Shown here piece by piece: positions 1 through 9,370 of a stretch of DNA of 64,000 bases (positions within the stretch are counted from its first letter, which is position 1; each line of letters starts with the position of its first letter). This DNA is from an uncultured Acidobacteriota bacterium (GTDB lineage: Bacteria; Acidobacteriota; Vicinamibacteria; Vicinamibacterales; UBA2999): NCBI GenBank assembly GCA_963757735.1, contig CAVWST010000041.1, positions 133,932 to 197,931 of the forward strand, given 5' to 3'. The notes below the pieces were generated by a model. It made no database searches. It was not told the DNA's origin and was given only the letters and a program-made list of their open reading frames with translations. The position numbers and the translations under genes are program-made.

Positions 1-3000
1 GTCTGCAGTTCGCCGGCGAGCTGCTGCGACTGCTTGAGCAGACCCTCGGTCTGCATCGTCGCCTCGATACTGTTCAGCACGATGCCGATGCTGGCCGTGA
101 GCTGATCGAGGAAGGCGAGGTGCGTCGGCGAGAAGTCATTGAGCGAGGCCAATCCGAGCACGGCCTTGATCTGACCCTCGAACACGACGGGCAGGACGAC
201 GATGTTGCGAGGGAGCGCCTGGAAGAACACGGACCCGACGGCAACCGTGTCCTTGGGCACATCCGACACGAGCAGGCGCCGCTTGTCCAGGGCGCACTGC
301 CCGATGAAGCCCTCGCCCATCCTGAGCACCTGCGGGTACGTGTTCTCGTGCGCCTCTGCGTAGCTCGCCAGGATCCTGAGCAGCGGCCTCGAGTCCAAAT
401 CGATCTGGTAGATGACGCCCTGGTGGGCGTTGATCAACGGCACGAGCTCGGTCAGGAGCAACTGACCGACGGCATTCAGATCGCGCTGACCCTGCAGCAT
501 GCCAGTGAATCGGGCCAGGTTGGTCTTCAACCAGTCCTGCTCGGTGTTGCGGTCGGTGGTCAACCGCAGGTTGTCGATCATCGTGTTGATGTTGTCTTTG
601 AGCTCCGCCACCTCGCCGCGCGCCTCGACCTGAATCGATCGCGTCAGGTCGCCCTTGGTCACGGCTGTCGCGACTTCGGCAATCGCGCGCACCTGCGTGG
701 TGAGGTTTGCGGCGAGCAGGTTGACGTTGCCCGTCAGGTCCTTCCACGTGCCGGCCGCACCAGGCACGTTGGCCTGACCACCGAGACGCCCTTCGACGCC
801 GACCTCACGCGCTACCGACGTGACCTGATCAGCGAATGTCGCGAGCGTCCCGGTCATGTTGTTGATCGTGTCGGCGAGCGCCGCAACCTCGCCCTTGGCT
901 TTGACAGTGAGGTTCTGTTCGAGGTCACCGTTCGCAACGGCGGTGACGACCTTGACAATGCCGCGAACCTGCTCGGTGAGGTTGGCGGCCATGACGTTCA
1001 CGTTGTCCGTGAGGTCTTTCCACGTACCGGCGACGCCTGGCACCTGCGCCTGGCCGCCGAGCAAGCCTTCCGTGCCGACCTCGCGCGCCACGCGGGTGAC
1101 TTCTGCGGCGAAGGCGTTGAGCTGATCGACCATCGTGTTGATTGTGTTCTTCAGCTCGAGAATCTCGCCCTTGACGTCGACGGTGATCTTGCGCGACAGG
1201 TCGCCGCGCGCGACGGCCGTGGTGACTTCCGCGATGTTGCGAACCTGAGTTGTCAGGTTGGCGGCAAGCAGGTTGACGTTGTCGGTGAGGTCCTTCCACG
1301 TGCCGCCGACACCGGGCACGACCGCCTGACCACCGAGGCGGCCGTCGGTGCCGACCTCGCGCGCGACGCGGGTCACTTCGGCCGCGAAGGAGCGCAACTG
1401 CTCCACCATCGTGTTGAGCGTTTCCTTGAGCAGCAGGATCTCGCCGCGAACGTCGACGGTGATCTTCTTGGACAGGTCGCCTGAGGCGATCGCGATCGCA
1501 ACCTCGTTGATGTTGCGCACCTGCGCGGTCAGGTTGCTGGCCATGAAATTGACGTTGTCCGTCAGGTCCTTCCACGTACCAGCGACGCCGGGCACCTGCG
1601 CCTGGCCACCCAGCTTCCCTTCCGTGCCGACCTCGCGTGCCACGCGCGTCACCTCCGCGGCGAACGCATTGAGCTGGTCGACCATCGTGTTCACGACGTT
1701 CTTGAGCTCGAGAATCTCGCCCTTCACGTCGACCGTGATTTTGCGGGAGAGGTCTCCGCGCGCGATCGCCGTGGCAACGTCCGCGATGTTGCGGACCTGC
1801 GCCGTGAGGTTGTTGGCCATCGAGTTGACCGAGTCGGTCAAGTCCTTCCACGTGCCGGCCACACCGAGCACGTTCGCCTGGCCACCCAACCGTCCTTCGG
1901 ATCCAACCTCGCGCGCCACGCGCGTGACTTCGCCGGCGAACGCGTTGAGCTGGTCGACCATCGTGTTGACGGTGTCTTTGATCTGCAGAATCTCGCCGCT
2001 GACGTCCACCGTGATCTTCTGGCTCAGGTCGCCCTTGGCGATGGCGGTCGCAACCTTGGACACGTCGCGCCACTGCACGGTGAGGTTGCCACCCATTGCG
2101 TTGACGGAGTCGGTGAGGTCTTTCCACGTGCCGGCGACACCAGCCACCTGCGCCTGACCACCGAGCTTTCCATCGGTGCCGACCTCGCGCGCCACGCGGG
2201 TCACTTCCGCCGCGAACGCGTTGAGCTGGTCCACCATCGTGTTGAGCGTGTTCTTCAGCTCGAGAATCTCGCCCTTGACGTCAACGGTGATCTTGCGCGA
2301 CAGGTCGCCACGCGCAACGGCGGTCGTGACTTCCGCGATGTTGCGGACCTGGGTCGTCAGGTTCGCGGCGAGCAGGTTGACGTTGTCGGTGAGGTCCTTC
2401 CACGTGCCGGCCACACCCGGCACCTCCGCCTGTCCACCCAGCTTTCCTTCGGTGCCGACCTCGCGCGCAACGCGCGTCACTTCGCCAGCGAACGCGTTCA
2501 GCTGATCGACCATCGTGTTCAGGGTCTCTTTCAGCTGCAGCACCTCGCCGCTGACGTCGACCGTGATCTTCTTCGAGAGGTCACCGCTGGCGATCGCGGT
2601 GGCCACTTCCGCGATGTTGCGAACCTGCGCAGTCAGATTGTTCGCCATCGAGTTGACGCTGTCGGTCAGGTCCTTCCACGTGCCGGCGACGCCAAGCACG
2701 TTGGCCTGACCACCGAGGCGTCCTTCGGTGCCGACCTCACGCGCCACGCGCGTCACCTCACCGGCGAACGCATTGAGCTGGTCGACCATCGTGTTGATGG
2801 TTTCCTTGAGCAGCAGGATCTCGCCGCTGACGTTGACCGTGATCTTTTTGGAGAGGTCACCGCGAGCGATCGCCGTGGCCACGTCGGCGATGTTGCGCAC
2901 CTGCGCGGTCAGGTTGCTCGCCATGAAGTTGACGTTGTCGGTCAGGTCCTTCCACGTGCCCGCCACACCGGAGACCTGCGCCTGGCCACCGAGCTTGCCG

Positions 3001-4082
3001 TCCGTGCCGACTTCGCGCGCCACCCGTGTCACTTCGCCGGCGAATGCATTCAGCTGGTCCACCATCGTGTTGATGGTGTTCTTCAACTCGAGAATCTCGC
3101 CGCGAACGTCTACCGTGATCTTGCGCGACAGGTCACCACGAGCGACCGCCGTCGTGACTTCCGCGATGTTGCGCACTTGATCGGTGAGGTTGCGCGCCAT
3201 CGCGTTCACCGAGTCGGTGAGGTCTTTCCACGTGCCAGCGACACCGGGCACCACGGCCTGACCACCCAGTCGACCTTCAGTGCCGACTTCCTGCGCGACG
3301 CGCGTGACTTCCGACGCGAACGACCGGAGCTGATCAACCATCGTGTTGATCGCTTCCTTCAACTGCAGGATTTCCCCACGGACATCGACCGTGATCTTGC
3401 GCGAGAGGTCACCGCTTGCAACAGCGATGGTCACTTCCGAGATGTTGCGAACCTGCGCGGTCAGGTTGCTGGCCATCGAGTTGACCGAGTCTGTGAGGTC
3501 CTTCCAGACGCCACTGACGTCGCGAACTTGCGCCTGACCGCCCAACTTGCCGTCGGTGCCGACCTCGCGCGCCACGCGCGTGACTTCGGAGGTGAACACA
3601 CCCAGCTGCTCGATCATCGTGTTGACGATCGTCGCGGAGCGGAGGAACTCGCCTTCGAGTGGCCGTCCGTCCACGTCGAGCCTGACGGTCTGCAGCAGGT
3701 CCCCCTTCGCGACTGCTGCGAGTGCGCGTGTGACTTCCGTCGTTGGCCAGAGCAGGTCGTCGATCAGCGTGTTGACCGACGCCTCCATCTCGCCCCACGA
3801 ACCCGTCGGCCGTCCGAACTTGACGCGTTGCCTCGTCTGGCCCTGTTTGCCGACGACGGTGCCGACTCGTTCGAGTTCGCTCGCCATCCGGGCGTTAGAG
3901 GAGACAATCTCGTTGAAGGTGTCGGCGATCTTGCCCTCGATGCCCGTCCAATCACCCGGCAGTCGGACCGAAAAATCGCCATCGCGCACGGCCTGAAGTG
4001 CACTGAGAAGCTCTGACAGCTCCGCGTGAGACGGCGTTCGCGCAGGCGTAGCGGAAGGGACGGCACTATCTGTCCGCATCAT
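1..4082 (-). CDS. Poly-HAMP / GAF multi-sensor signalling protein, N-terminal ~1360 aa (probable hybrid histidine kinase); the 3' end lies beyond the window edge
   Basis: The minus-strand frame is open from ATG at 4082 to position 1. It is absent from the ORF track because it has no stop in the window. My translation begins [45 protein letters not shown]. About 11 units follow, of the form [86 protein letters not shown]. It ends with a GAF-like segment, ..[63 protein letters not shown]. Confidence 0.9.
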   Translation of the reverse strand, partial: MMRTDSAVPSATPARTPSHAELSELLSALQAVRDGDFSVRLPGDWTGIEGKIADTFNEIVSSNARMASELERVGTVVGKQGQTRQRVKFGRPTGSWGEMEASVNTLIDDLLWPTTEVTRALAAVAKGDLLQTVRLDVDGRPLEGEFLRSATIVNTMIEQLGVFTSEVTRVAREVGTDGKLGGQAQVRDVSGVWKDLTDSVNSMASNLTAQVRNISEVTIAVASGDLSRKITVDVRGEILQLKEAINTMVDQLRSFASEVTRVAQEVGTEGRLGGQAVVPGVAGTWKDLTDSVNAMARNLTDQVRNIAEVTTAVARGDLSRKITVDVRGEILELKNTINTMVDQLNAFAGEVTRVAREVGTDGKLGGQAQVSGVAGTWKDLTDNVNFMASNLTAQVRNIADVATAIARGDLSKKITVNVSGEILLLKETINTMVDQLNAFAGEVTRVAREVGTEGRLGGQANVLGVAGTWKDLTDSVNSMANNLTAQVRNIAEVATAIASGDLSKKITVDVSGEVLQLKETLNTMVDQLNAFAGEVTRVAREVGTEGKLGGQAEVPGVAGTWKDLTDNVNLLAANLTTQVRNIAEVTTAVARGDLSRKITVDVKGEILELKNTLNTMVDQLNAFAAEVTRVAREVGTDGKLGGQAQVAGVAGTWKDLTDSVNAMGGNLTVQWRDVSKVATAIAKGDLSQKITVDVSGEILQIKDTVNTMVDQLNAFAGEVTRVAREVGSEGRLGGQANVLGVAGTWKDLTDSVNSMANNLTAQVRNIADVATAIARGDLSRKITVDVKGEILELKNVVNTMVDQLNAFAAEVTRVAREVGTEGKLGGQAQVPGVAGTWKDLTDNVNFMASNLTAQVRNINEVAIAIASGDLSKKITVDVRGEILLLKETLNTMVEQLRSFAAEVTRVAREVGTDGRLGGQAVVPGVGGTWKDLTDNVNLLAANLTTQVRNIAEVTTAVARGDLSRKITVDVKGEILELKNTINTMVDQLNAFAAEVTRVAREVGTEGLLGGQAQVPGVAGTWKDLTDNVNVMAANLTEQVRGIVKVVTAVANGDLEQNLTVKAKGEVAALADTINNMTGTLATFADQVTSVAREVGVEGRLGGQANVPGAAGTWKDLTGNVNLLAANLTTQVRAIAEVATAVTKGDLTRSIQVEARGEVAELKDNINTMIDNLRLTTDRNTEQDWLKTNLARFTGMLQGQRDLNAVGQLLLTELVPLINAHQGVIYQIDLDSRPLLRILASYAEAHENTYPQVLRMGEGFIGQCALDKRRLLVSDVPKDTVAVGSVFFQALPRNIVVLPVVFEGQIKAVLGLASLNDFSPTHLAFLDQLTASIGIVLNSIEATMQTEGLLKQSQQLAGELQ
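560..3620 (-). repeat. Intragenic tandem array of ~11 copies of a 276-bp (92-codon) HAMP unit
   Basis: The shadow-frame string [11 protein letters not shown] recurs at 1348, 2176 and 2728, spacings that are multiples of 276 bp. The real-frame consensus repeats every 92 aa. Boundaries are approximate. Confidence 0.85.
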
Positions 4083-4247
4083 GGGGCTCCAGCGGGAAGA
4101 AGGAAACGACCGAGATTTATCACAGGGGCGCGCGGCTGGGTGCAAGAATCGGGCTCAGCGATTGCCCCGGATTTGCTGGAGAAATCGGTCGATGCGGTCG
4201 CGACAGCGAGCGCTGGCACGCGCTCGCTGCCGGTGTGCTTGAAGCTC

Positions 4248-5138
4248 TTACGTAGATCTTTGAAGGATTTGCAACGGCGAATCTGCGGCGGGACGCACCC
4301 TCCGGGTTCGCTGCGGTCTGAAATTCCGGGTACATGGTGGCCGCGCCGCCCCGCGTGCCTGCTCGGAAAGCCTGCGCTGGAGCGCAAACTCCTTGAGAAA
4401 CGGGTTTTCTCCGGGCAGGTAATGCGGAACAGCGCCGCGAGGCTGATCGGCAATTTCGACGACCGCGGAACAGGGATACAGCAACTGTTGTGGAGGCAGC
4501 GGTCGCGGGTTCTTGAGCATGTTGGTGGTCTTCACCAGTGGTTCGGTGAGATACACCGGATCGTCGGTGATGGTGACGTGAGTCATCACCGTTCCGTGCA
4601 GCGCGAATCGCTCGGTCAATGTCACCTGGTCGCTTTGCGGCACGCCGTTCCGGCGATGCCACATCTGTTTGATGTGCGTGGTTGTCACGACAAGCACATC
4701 ACCATCCCATCGGCCCGTGGAAAAACCCATCCAGGTGTGTTCGGCGCTCTTCGACGGATGCGGCCGCCCATCCATCCACACAATACGGCGCTGTTGGAAG
4801 TTGCTGATATCGAGGTGAATGGCCACGACCTGTTGCGTCTCTTTGTTACGCTCGTCCCAGATCCGCATGTTCAATGGGCCACGCAGGATATACGGCGACG
4901 AGTGCGCTCGACACTGATGCTCCGGCACGGTCAACCTCGAGGCATCCCACGCCTCGGCGAATGCGCGTGCGCTCTCGTTGATTGGCAGCCCGACGTAGTC
5001 GCCGAGTGATGGACCGGGAATACGCTCCGGCTGGTCTTCGTGAAAGATCGCGTTGTAGCTGCCTGTGAGGTCGAATTGCGCCATCGCTGGCGAGGGCATC
5101 AGCAGCGTGACCAAGGCAAATGGCAAGATGCACCGCAT
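4248..5138 (-). CDS. Secreted protein of unknown function (W.G.S.G.W.GD.LVV.T family)
   Basis: Track ORF of 296 aa with signal peptide MRCILPFALVTLLMPSPAMA. The motif WMGFSTGRWDGDVLVVTTTH is shared with the products of 8289..9350 and 58257..59438. The last ~35 codons look out of frame (an alternative frame reads RGGAATMYPEF after a G-run near 4335), so the 3' end is uncertain. Confidence 0.7.
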   Translation of the reverse strand: MRCILPFALVTLLMPSPAMAQFDLTGSYNAIFHEDQPERIPGPSLGDYVGLPINESARAFAEAWDASRLTVPEHQCRAHSSPYILRGPLNMRIWDERNKETQQVVAIHLDISNFQQRRIVWMDGRPHPSKSAEHTWMGFSTGRWDGDVLVVTTTHIKQMWHRRNGVPQSDQVTLTERFALHGTVMTHVTITDDPVYLTEPLVKTTNMLKNPRPLPPQQLLYPCSAVVEIADQPRGAVPHYLPGENPFLKEFALQRRLSEQARGAARPPCTRNFRPQRTRRVRPAADSPLQILQRST

Positions 5139-5160
5139 GTCTCGGCTCCTGTGAAGAAGT

Positions 5161-5182
5161 GTGAAGGGGTCAGACCCCTCAC
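5161..5182. repeat. REP-like hairpin GTGAAGGGGTCAGACCCCTCAC
   Basis: Near-perfect palindrome that abuts the stop codon (5184-5186) of the MBL gene. Same core as the elements at 28818, 28847 and 32964. Confidence 0.8.
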
Positions 5183-5183
5183 C

Positions 5184-6170
5184 TTATTTCCCGGCTGGCG
5201 AGAGGCTTCGATACACCGCCTCAATAAACATCGCGGTCGTCCAGGGTCCCGACGAGGATCCGTAGCGCGGTTCCCAGTCAATCGTAGGACGCGCCGCCTG
5301 CACCTGCGCCAGTGTCCTGCCTTTCTTGATCATCGAGGCGACCCGATCCCTGACGATCGTGACCATGTCGCGATACTCGACGACGTCGAACTCATCGCTG
5401 ATGCGGCCGCGTCCCGGCACGATTCGCGTGCCACCCTCGGTGAACTGCTCCGAGATCGCGATGTCGATCAGGCGATTCAGCCCTTCGATGACGCCACTCA
5501 CGCCGCCACCTCGCGCGACGTCGATGCGCGGATAGCCGAGCGTGTTGTAGATATCACCCGCCGCGATCACGTCTGAGCTGCGGAAGAAGACGAGGACATC
5601 GCCGTCGGTACTCGCATTTTTGACATGCGCCAGCTCGATCCCCTCTCCATTGAAATACAGCGTCTTCTCGTCCTGGAAGAAGGTTTCCGTAGGCCATGCA
5701 CCGAACGGCGTCGGTGGCTGGTTGCCTGTTGGTGCGCTCATCGCCTTCAGCACGTTCTCGTGCGCGACGACAAACGCCTGCGACACGACGCCCTCGACAG
5801 CGCCCTGACCAACCTGTCCCGCGAAATTGCCCGCGACGAGCTGGGCTCCTGCGGCCGCCACCTTGAGATTGCCGCCGACAAACTCCGGGTGAGCGTGCGT
5901 GTTGACGATGTAGCGGATCGGACGCGAGCCGGCGAGCGTGCGTATCGCGGCGATGAGTCGATCGGACTGCGACTCCGCCATCGCGTCGACGACGAGCACG
6001 CCCTGCGATCCGACCTGCACGAGCACGTTGACGCCGCCGGCGCTGATCATCGAGACCTGCCCCCGCACGGGCAAGGTCTCCATGTCGCCGGTCTGCGCGC
6101 CCAGCGTCGCGACAAGACCCACGACGGCCAGAAAAGGAAGCAAGACGCGCGGCACTGAAGTCACGCGCAC
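5184..6170 (-). CDS. Secreted MBL-fold metallo-hydrolase-like protein with a degenerate metal motif
   Basis: Track ORF of 328 aa with signal peptide MRVTSVPRVLLPFLAVVGLVATLGA. The overall MBL-fold layout is present (..IRYIVNTHAHPEFVGGN..DGDVLVFF..), but HAHPEF replaces the canonical HxHxDH. Confidence 0.75.
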   Translation of the reverse strand: MRVTSVPRVLLPFLAVVGLVATLGAQTGDMETLPVRGQVSMISAGGVNVLVQVGSQGVLVVDAMAESQSDRLIAAIRTLAGSRPIRYIVNTHAHPEFVGGNLKVAAAGAQLVAGNFAGQVGQGAVEGVVSQAFVVAHENVLKAMSAPTGNQPPTPFGAWPTETFFQDEKTLYFNGEGIELAHVKNASTDGDVLVFFRSSDVIAAGDIYNTLGYPRIDVARGGGVSGVIEGLNRLIDIAISEQFTEGGTRIVPGRGRISDEFDVVEYRDMVTIVRDRVASMIKKGRTLAQVQAARPTIDWEPRYGSSSGPWTTAMFIEAVYRSLSPAGK

Positions 6171-6205
6171 ATTCTCTGCGTTGGCAGACGATGGCGCAAC
6201 TTTCC

Positions 6206-6356
6206 GATCCGGGATCCGGGATCCGGGATCCGGGATTCTTGATTCGGGTTTCGGGGTTCAGGACTGTGGACCGTGGACTGTGGACGGTGGACTGTGGACG
6301 GTGGACTGTGGACTGTGGACCGTGGACTTGGACCGTGGACCGCAGACCGTGGACGG
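6206..6356. repeat. Tandem heptamer array of ~22 units (GATCCGG x4, degenerate units, then GACNGTG x~13)
   Basis: Read directly: gatccgg gatccgg gatccgg gatccgg gattctt gattcgg gtttcgg ggttcag gactgtg gaccgtg gactgtg gacggtg ... gaccgtg gacgg. It fills most of the divergent intergenic region between the starts at 6170(-) and 6363(+). Confidence 0.9.
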
Positions 6357-6362
6357 CCTATA

Positions 6363-8282
6363 GTGACTCCCGTGCTCGTCATCGCGCTCCGGACCGTCAT
6401 CGCGCTGCTCCTCATCTCGCGAGTGGCATCGGCCGAAGTCGTTCGCATCGACGTGCGGAGCCGCGATGACTTCGGGACCCACGAGCGCGTCATCGCGCGC
6501 GTGCACTACGCCGTCGATCCAAAGCTGCCTGTGAACCAGGCGATCGCCGATCTCGCCTTTGCTCCCCGAAATGCTGACGGCAAAGTGGAGTTCGCCGGCG
6601 ACCTGCTCCTCTTTCTCCCCAGGCGAGCGACATCGGCTCGCGGCACGGTCTTCCTCGAGGTCGTCAATCGCGGGCGCGATCAGTCGCTCGGCTTGATGAG
6701 CGATGCGCGCCAGCGCGACCTGGCACCCGAGAACTGGAACCTCGGCGATCGGTTTCTCCTCGAGCAGGGATTTACGGTTGCCTTCCTCGGTTGGCAATTC
6801 GATGTGCGGCCGGGCGACGGCCTGTCGCTGACCGTGCCAACCGCCCCCGTGAGTGGCGTAGTCCGGGCCAGTGCGATAACGGTGAGTCGTAGTGGGCCTG
6901 GAGGGGCGATCGGGCTTGCCTACTGCGCTGCCGACGTGTCGCAGCCTGATGCCACGTTGACGTTCCGATCGGAGATCGAGAAAACCCCGACGGTCTTTCC
7001 TCGTGACAGCTGGCAGTTCGCACCCGATGGATGCTCAGTCCAGCGTTCCGCTGGCTTCGAAGCCGGCCTGAACGAGGTGATCTACAAGGCGACAGGATCA
7101 CCCGTTGCCGGACTCGGTCTCGCGGCCGTGCGCGATTTCGCGTCCTATCTCAAGTTCGGAAGCGGCACGGCGACGCTGCGCGAGAACCCGGCGCTGATGC
7201 GTCGCGTCATCGGCTTCGGCTACTCGCAGAGCGGACGCTTCCTTCGCGAGTTCGTGCGCGACGGCTTCAATCAGGACGAACGCGGCCGTGCGGCATTCGA
7301 TGGCCTGATGGTCGCGTCAGCGGGGGCCGGCGGCGGCAGCTTCAATCATCGATTCGCAAGCCCGGGGCAGGCCGGCAACTCCGTGCTCTCCATCTTTCGA
7401 CCGGTGGACCTTCCACCGTTCACAGACGACGGCTTGCTGCAGAAGGCGAACGCAGCGTCAGTTGTGCCGCGCATCTTCTACACGTTTTCCTCGACAGAGT
7501 ATTGGGCACGAGCCGGGTCGCTGACGCACACCAACGAGACTGGCACCTCTGACGTCCCGTTCGCATCCACATCGCGTCTCTACTTCCTGACCGGCACACC
7601 TCACGCATCCGGCGGCTTGCCGCCAACGCCGCAGCAGACTCGTTACGCGCTGAACTTCGCCGACCAGAAGTGGGTGTTGCGTGCGCTGCTCGTGGATCTC
7701 GACAAGTGGGTGACGAACGGTACCGAGCCTCCGCCCTCGCGCTACCCCACGCTCGCGCAACGTCAACTGGTATTGCGCGACGCGGTTCAGTTCCCGAAGG
7801 TTCCCTCGCTGCCATTTGCCAGCTACCTGCCCGGTGTGTGGCAAATGGACTACGGTAGCGACTACGCCATCACCAAAGTGATCACGAAGGAGCCGCCGTC
7901 GCTTGGCGCTCCGTTCCCTGTGCTCGTGCCTCAGGTGAATGCCGATGGAAACGACGTGGGAGGTATCGCATTGCCTGAAGTGGCCGTCCCGCTCGGGACG
8001 CACACGGGATGGAATGTGTCGACGTATCCGCTGAGTGGTCTGCGCTACCTCGCCGGACTCGTCGGATCGTTTCAGCCGTTTGCGAAGACGCGCGCGGAGC
8101 GAGAGCAGTCGGGCGATTCGCGTCCGTCGATCGAAGAACGCTACACGAACCGGCAGGACTACCTTCAACGCGTGAGGCGCGCGGCAACAGACCTGGTACG
8201 CGAGCGCTTCGTCCTCGACTCCGACGTCGAAGCGCTCGTGCAGCAAGCCGATCAGACCTGGACTGTCATCGTCGGGCGATGA
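6363..8282 (+). CDS. Secreted alpha/beta-hydrolase-domain protein (uncharacterised family)
   Basis: Track ORF 6273..8282. Its first 30 codons (MDCGRWTVDGGLWTVDRG..) are simply the heptamer array translated, so the in-frame GTG at 6363 (or 6372) is preferred. Signal-like segment VLVIALRTVIALLLISRVASA. The family call rests on recollection of similar N-terminal regions (..GTVFLEVVNRGRD..) in Abhydrolase_10-like proteins. Confidence 0.6.
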   Translation: MTPVLVIALRTVIALLLISRVASAEVVRIDVRSRDDFGTHERVIARVHYAVDPKLPVNQAIADLAFAPRNADGKVEFAGDLLLFLPRRATSARGTVFLEVVNRGRDQSLGLMSDARQRDLAPENWNLGDRFLLEQGFTVAFLGWQFDVRPGDGLSLTVPTAPVSGVVRASAITVSRSGPGGAIGLAYCAADVSQPDATLTFRSEIEKTPTVFPRDSWQFAPDGCSVQRSAGFEAGLNEVIYKATGSPVAGLGLAAVRDFASYLKFGSGTATLRENPALMRRVIGFGYSQSGRFLREFVRDGFNQDERGRAAFDGLMVASAGAGGGSFNHRFASPGQAGNSVLSIFRPVDLPPFTDDGLLQKANAASVVPRIFYTFSSTEYWARAGSLTHTNETGTSDVPFASTSRLYFLTGTPHASGGLPPTPQQTRYALNFADQKWVLRALLVDLDKWVTNGTEPPPSRYPTLAQRQLVLRDAVQFPKVPSLPFASYLPGVWQMDYGSDYAITKVITKEPPSLGAPFPVLVPQVNADGNDVGGIALPEVAVPLGTHTGWNVSTYPLSGLRYLAGLVGSFQPFAKTRAEREQSGDSRPSIEERYTNRQDYLQRVRRAATDLVRERFVLDSDVEALVQQADQTWTVIVGR

Positions 8283-8288
8283 GCCGGA

Positions 8289-9350
8289 TCACTTCCGCAC
8301 CCCTTTGAGGTCGCCCTCGACGATGCGGAAAATCGCCTGAGTCACCTGTCCCTTGTCGTCCGGAACGAACTCGAGGCGCCCGCCAGACGTTGAGAACAAC
8401 GTATCCGAGAGCGGAATCATCGGCTGCGGATCCTTGCCGCCGATATCGAGCATGACCTCGTCTCCCACCAGCGTCACATTCACGACGACGACGTGATTGG
8501 GGTCCTCTGGCGTTCTGAACTCATACGCTCCGACGTAGCGCGCGAGCACCTCTCGCGCAACCTTCACGGCGTTCTTTTTGTCGTCAGAAGCCTTGCCGAC
8601 CAGTCGCGCGTGATCGCGTTCGTTCTCGTTGCAGATGTACTCGAGCATCTCGGTGTCGGGCACGAAATCGACCTCGACGTCGAACGTCACTGGCCGGCTG
8701 AACACCTTGGGATCCTCGAACGTCTGCGTCAACTCGATGTGGCCGAACGCAGTCCGCCGGTAACGTTCGACGACGCGAAGGTCCTCGGTATGAGGGTGCC
8801 CACCGAAGTCGAGCCACGTGGCGTCCTTGAATCCGATCGTTTCGACGACGAGCGTGTCGTTCTCCCATCGGCCGACCGAGTAGCCCATGAAGCTTGGATG
8901 CGGATCGCGCGGCAGCTCTCGACCGTCGAGAAAAATCTGCCGATGGCTCAGGTTCTCGTAGAGGATGGCAATGACCATCGGCGTCTGGATGATTCGGGCC
9001 CAGCCGCTTGCGCCCAGCATCGCGCGCGGACCCTGTGGCAGACACTTGAACGTCGATGGGTCGTCCTTGCCCAGATCCTCCATCCGCTGCTTGTAGAGTG
9101 CGTCCGCCCACGGCTGAATTTCCGACGGCTTGAGATCGAGAAGCACATTGCCACCGTAGGGGCCGGCATCCAATCGCCAGAGCCCGGACAGATCCGGCTT
9201 CCCGTCTGCCGCGCGTGGCGCTGGCGCCTTGAGATCTGGCTTTCCGTCGGGGGTGCGCGGCATGTTCCGAGTGGGTTCTTTCAACCACTGCGCCGCGAGT
9301 GGGATGCTGATCGACCAGACAATGATCAGCGTCGCAAGCGTGCTTCTCAT
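8289..9350 (-). CDS. Secreted protein of unknown function (same family as 4248..5138)
   Basis: Track ORF 8289..9641. The internal ATG at 9350 gives a signal peptide MRSTLATLIIVWSISIPLAAQ; the upstream extension is Arg-rich junk. Motif GYSVGRWENDTLVVETIGF. Confidence 0.75.
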   Translation of the reverse strand: MRSTLATLIIVWSISIPLAAQWLKEPTRNMPRTPDGKPDLKAPAPRAADGKPDLSGLWRLDAGPYGGNVLLDLKPSEIQPWADALYKQRMEDLGKDDPSTFKCLPQGPRAMLGASGWARIIQTPMVIAILYENLSHRQIFLDGRELPRDPHPSFMGYSVGRWENDTLVVETIGFKDATWLDFGGHPHTEDLRVVERYRRTAFGHIELTQTFEDPKVFSRPVTFDVEVDFVPDTEMLEYICNENERDHARLVGKASDDKKNAVKVAREVLARYVGAYEFRTPEDPNHVVVVNVTLVGDEVMLDIGGKDPQPMIPLSDTLFSTSGGRLEFVPDDKGQVTQAIFRIVEGDLKGVRK

Positions 9351-9370
9351 CGCTCTTCTCCAGCGTCGGG

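Noticed and set aside
120-3180. Many long ORFs on both strands over the HAMP region (e.g. 120..1484 +454 aa, 925..2127 -400 aa, and 1348.., 2176.., 2728.. + with the recurring string [11 protein letters not shown])
   Set aside because: They are shadow frames of the real minus-strand poly-HAMP gene. Their sequences are Arg/Ser/Thr/Pro-rich and low-complexity, and they repeat only because the underlying 276-bp coding unit repeats.
560-3620. Possible CRISPR array suggested by regular repeats (also considered for the heptamer arrays at 6206 and 19174)
   Set aside because: The 276-bp units are contiguous coding repeats with no unique spacers. The heptamer arrays have 7-bp units with no spacers. 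No cas genes are present.
6273-6362. N-terminal 30 codons of track ORF 6273..8282 (MDCGRWTVDGGLWTVDRGLGPWTADRGRP)
   Set aside because: This is simply the GACNGTG heptamer array read in frame. A signal-peptide-like sequence begins right after the in-frame GTG at 6363.
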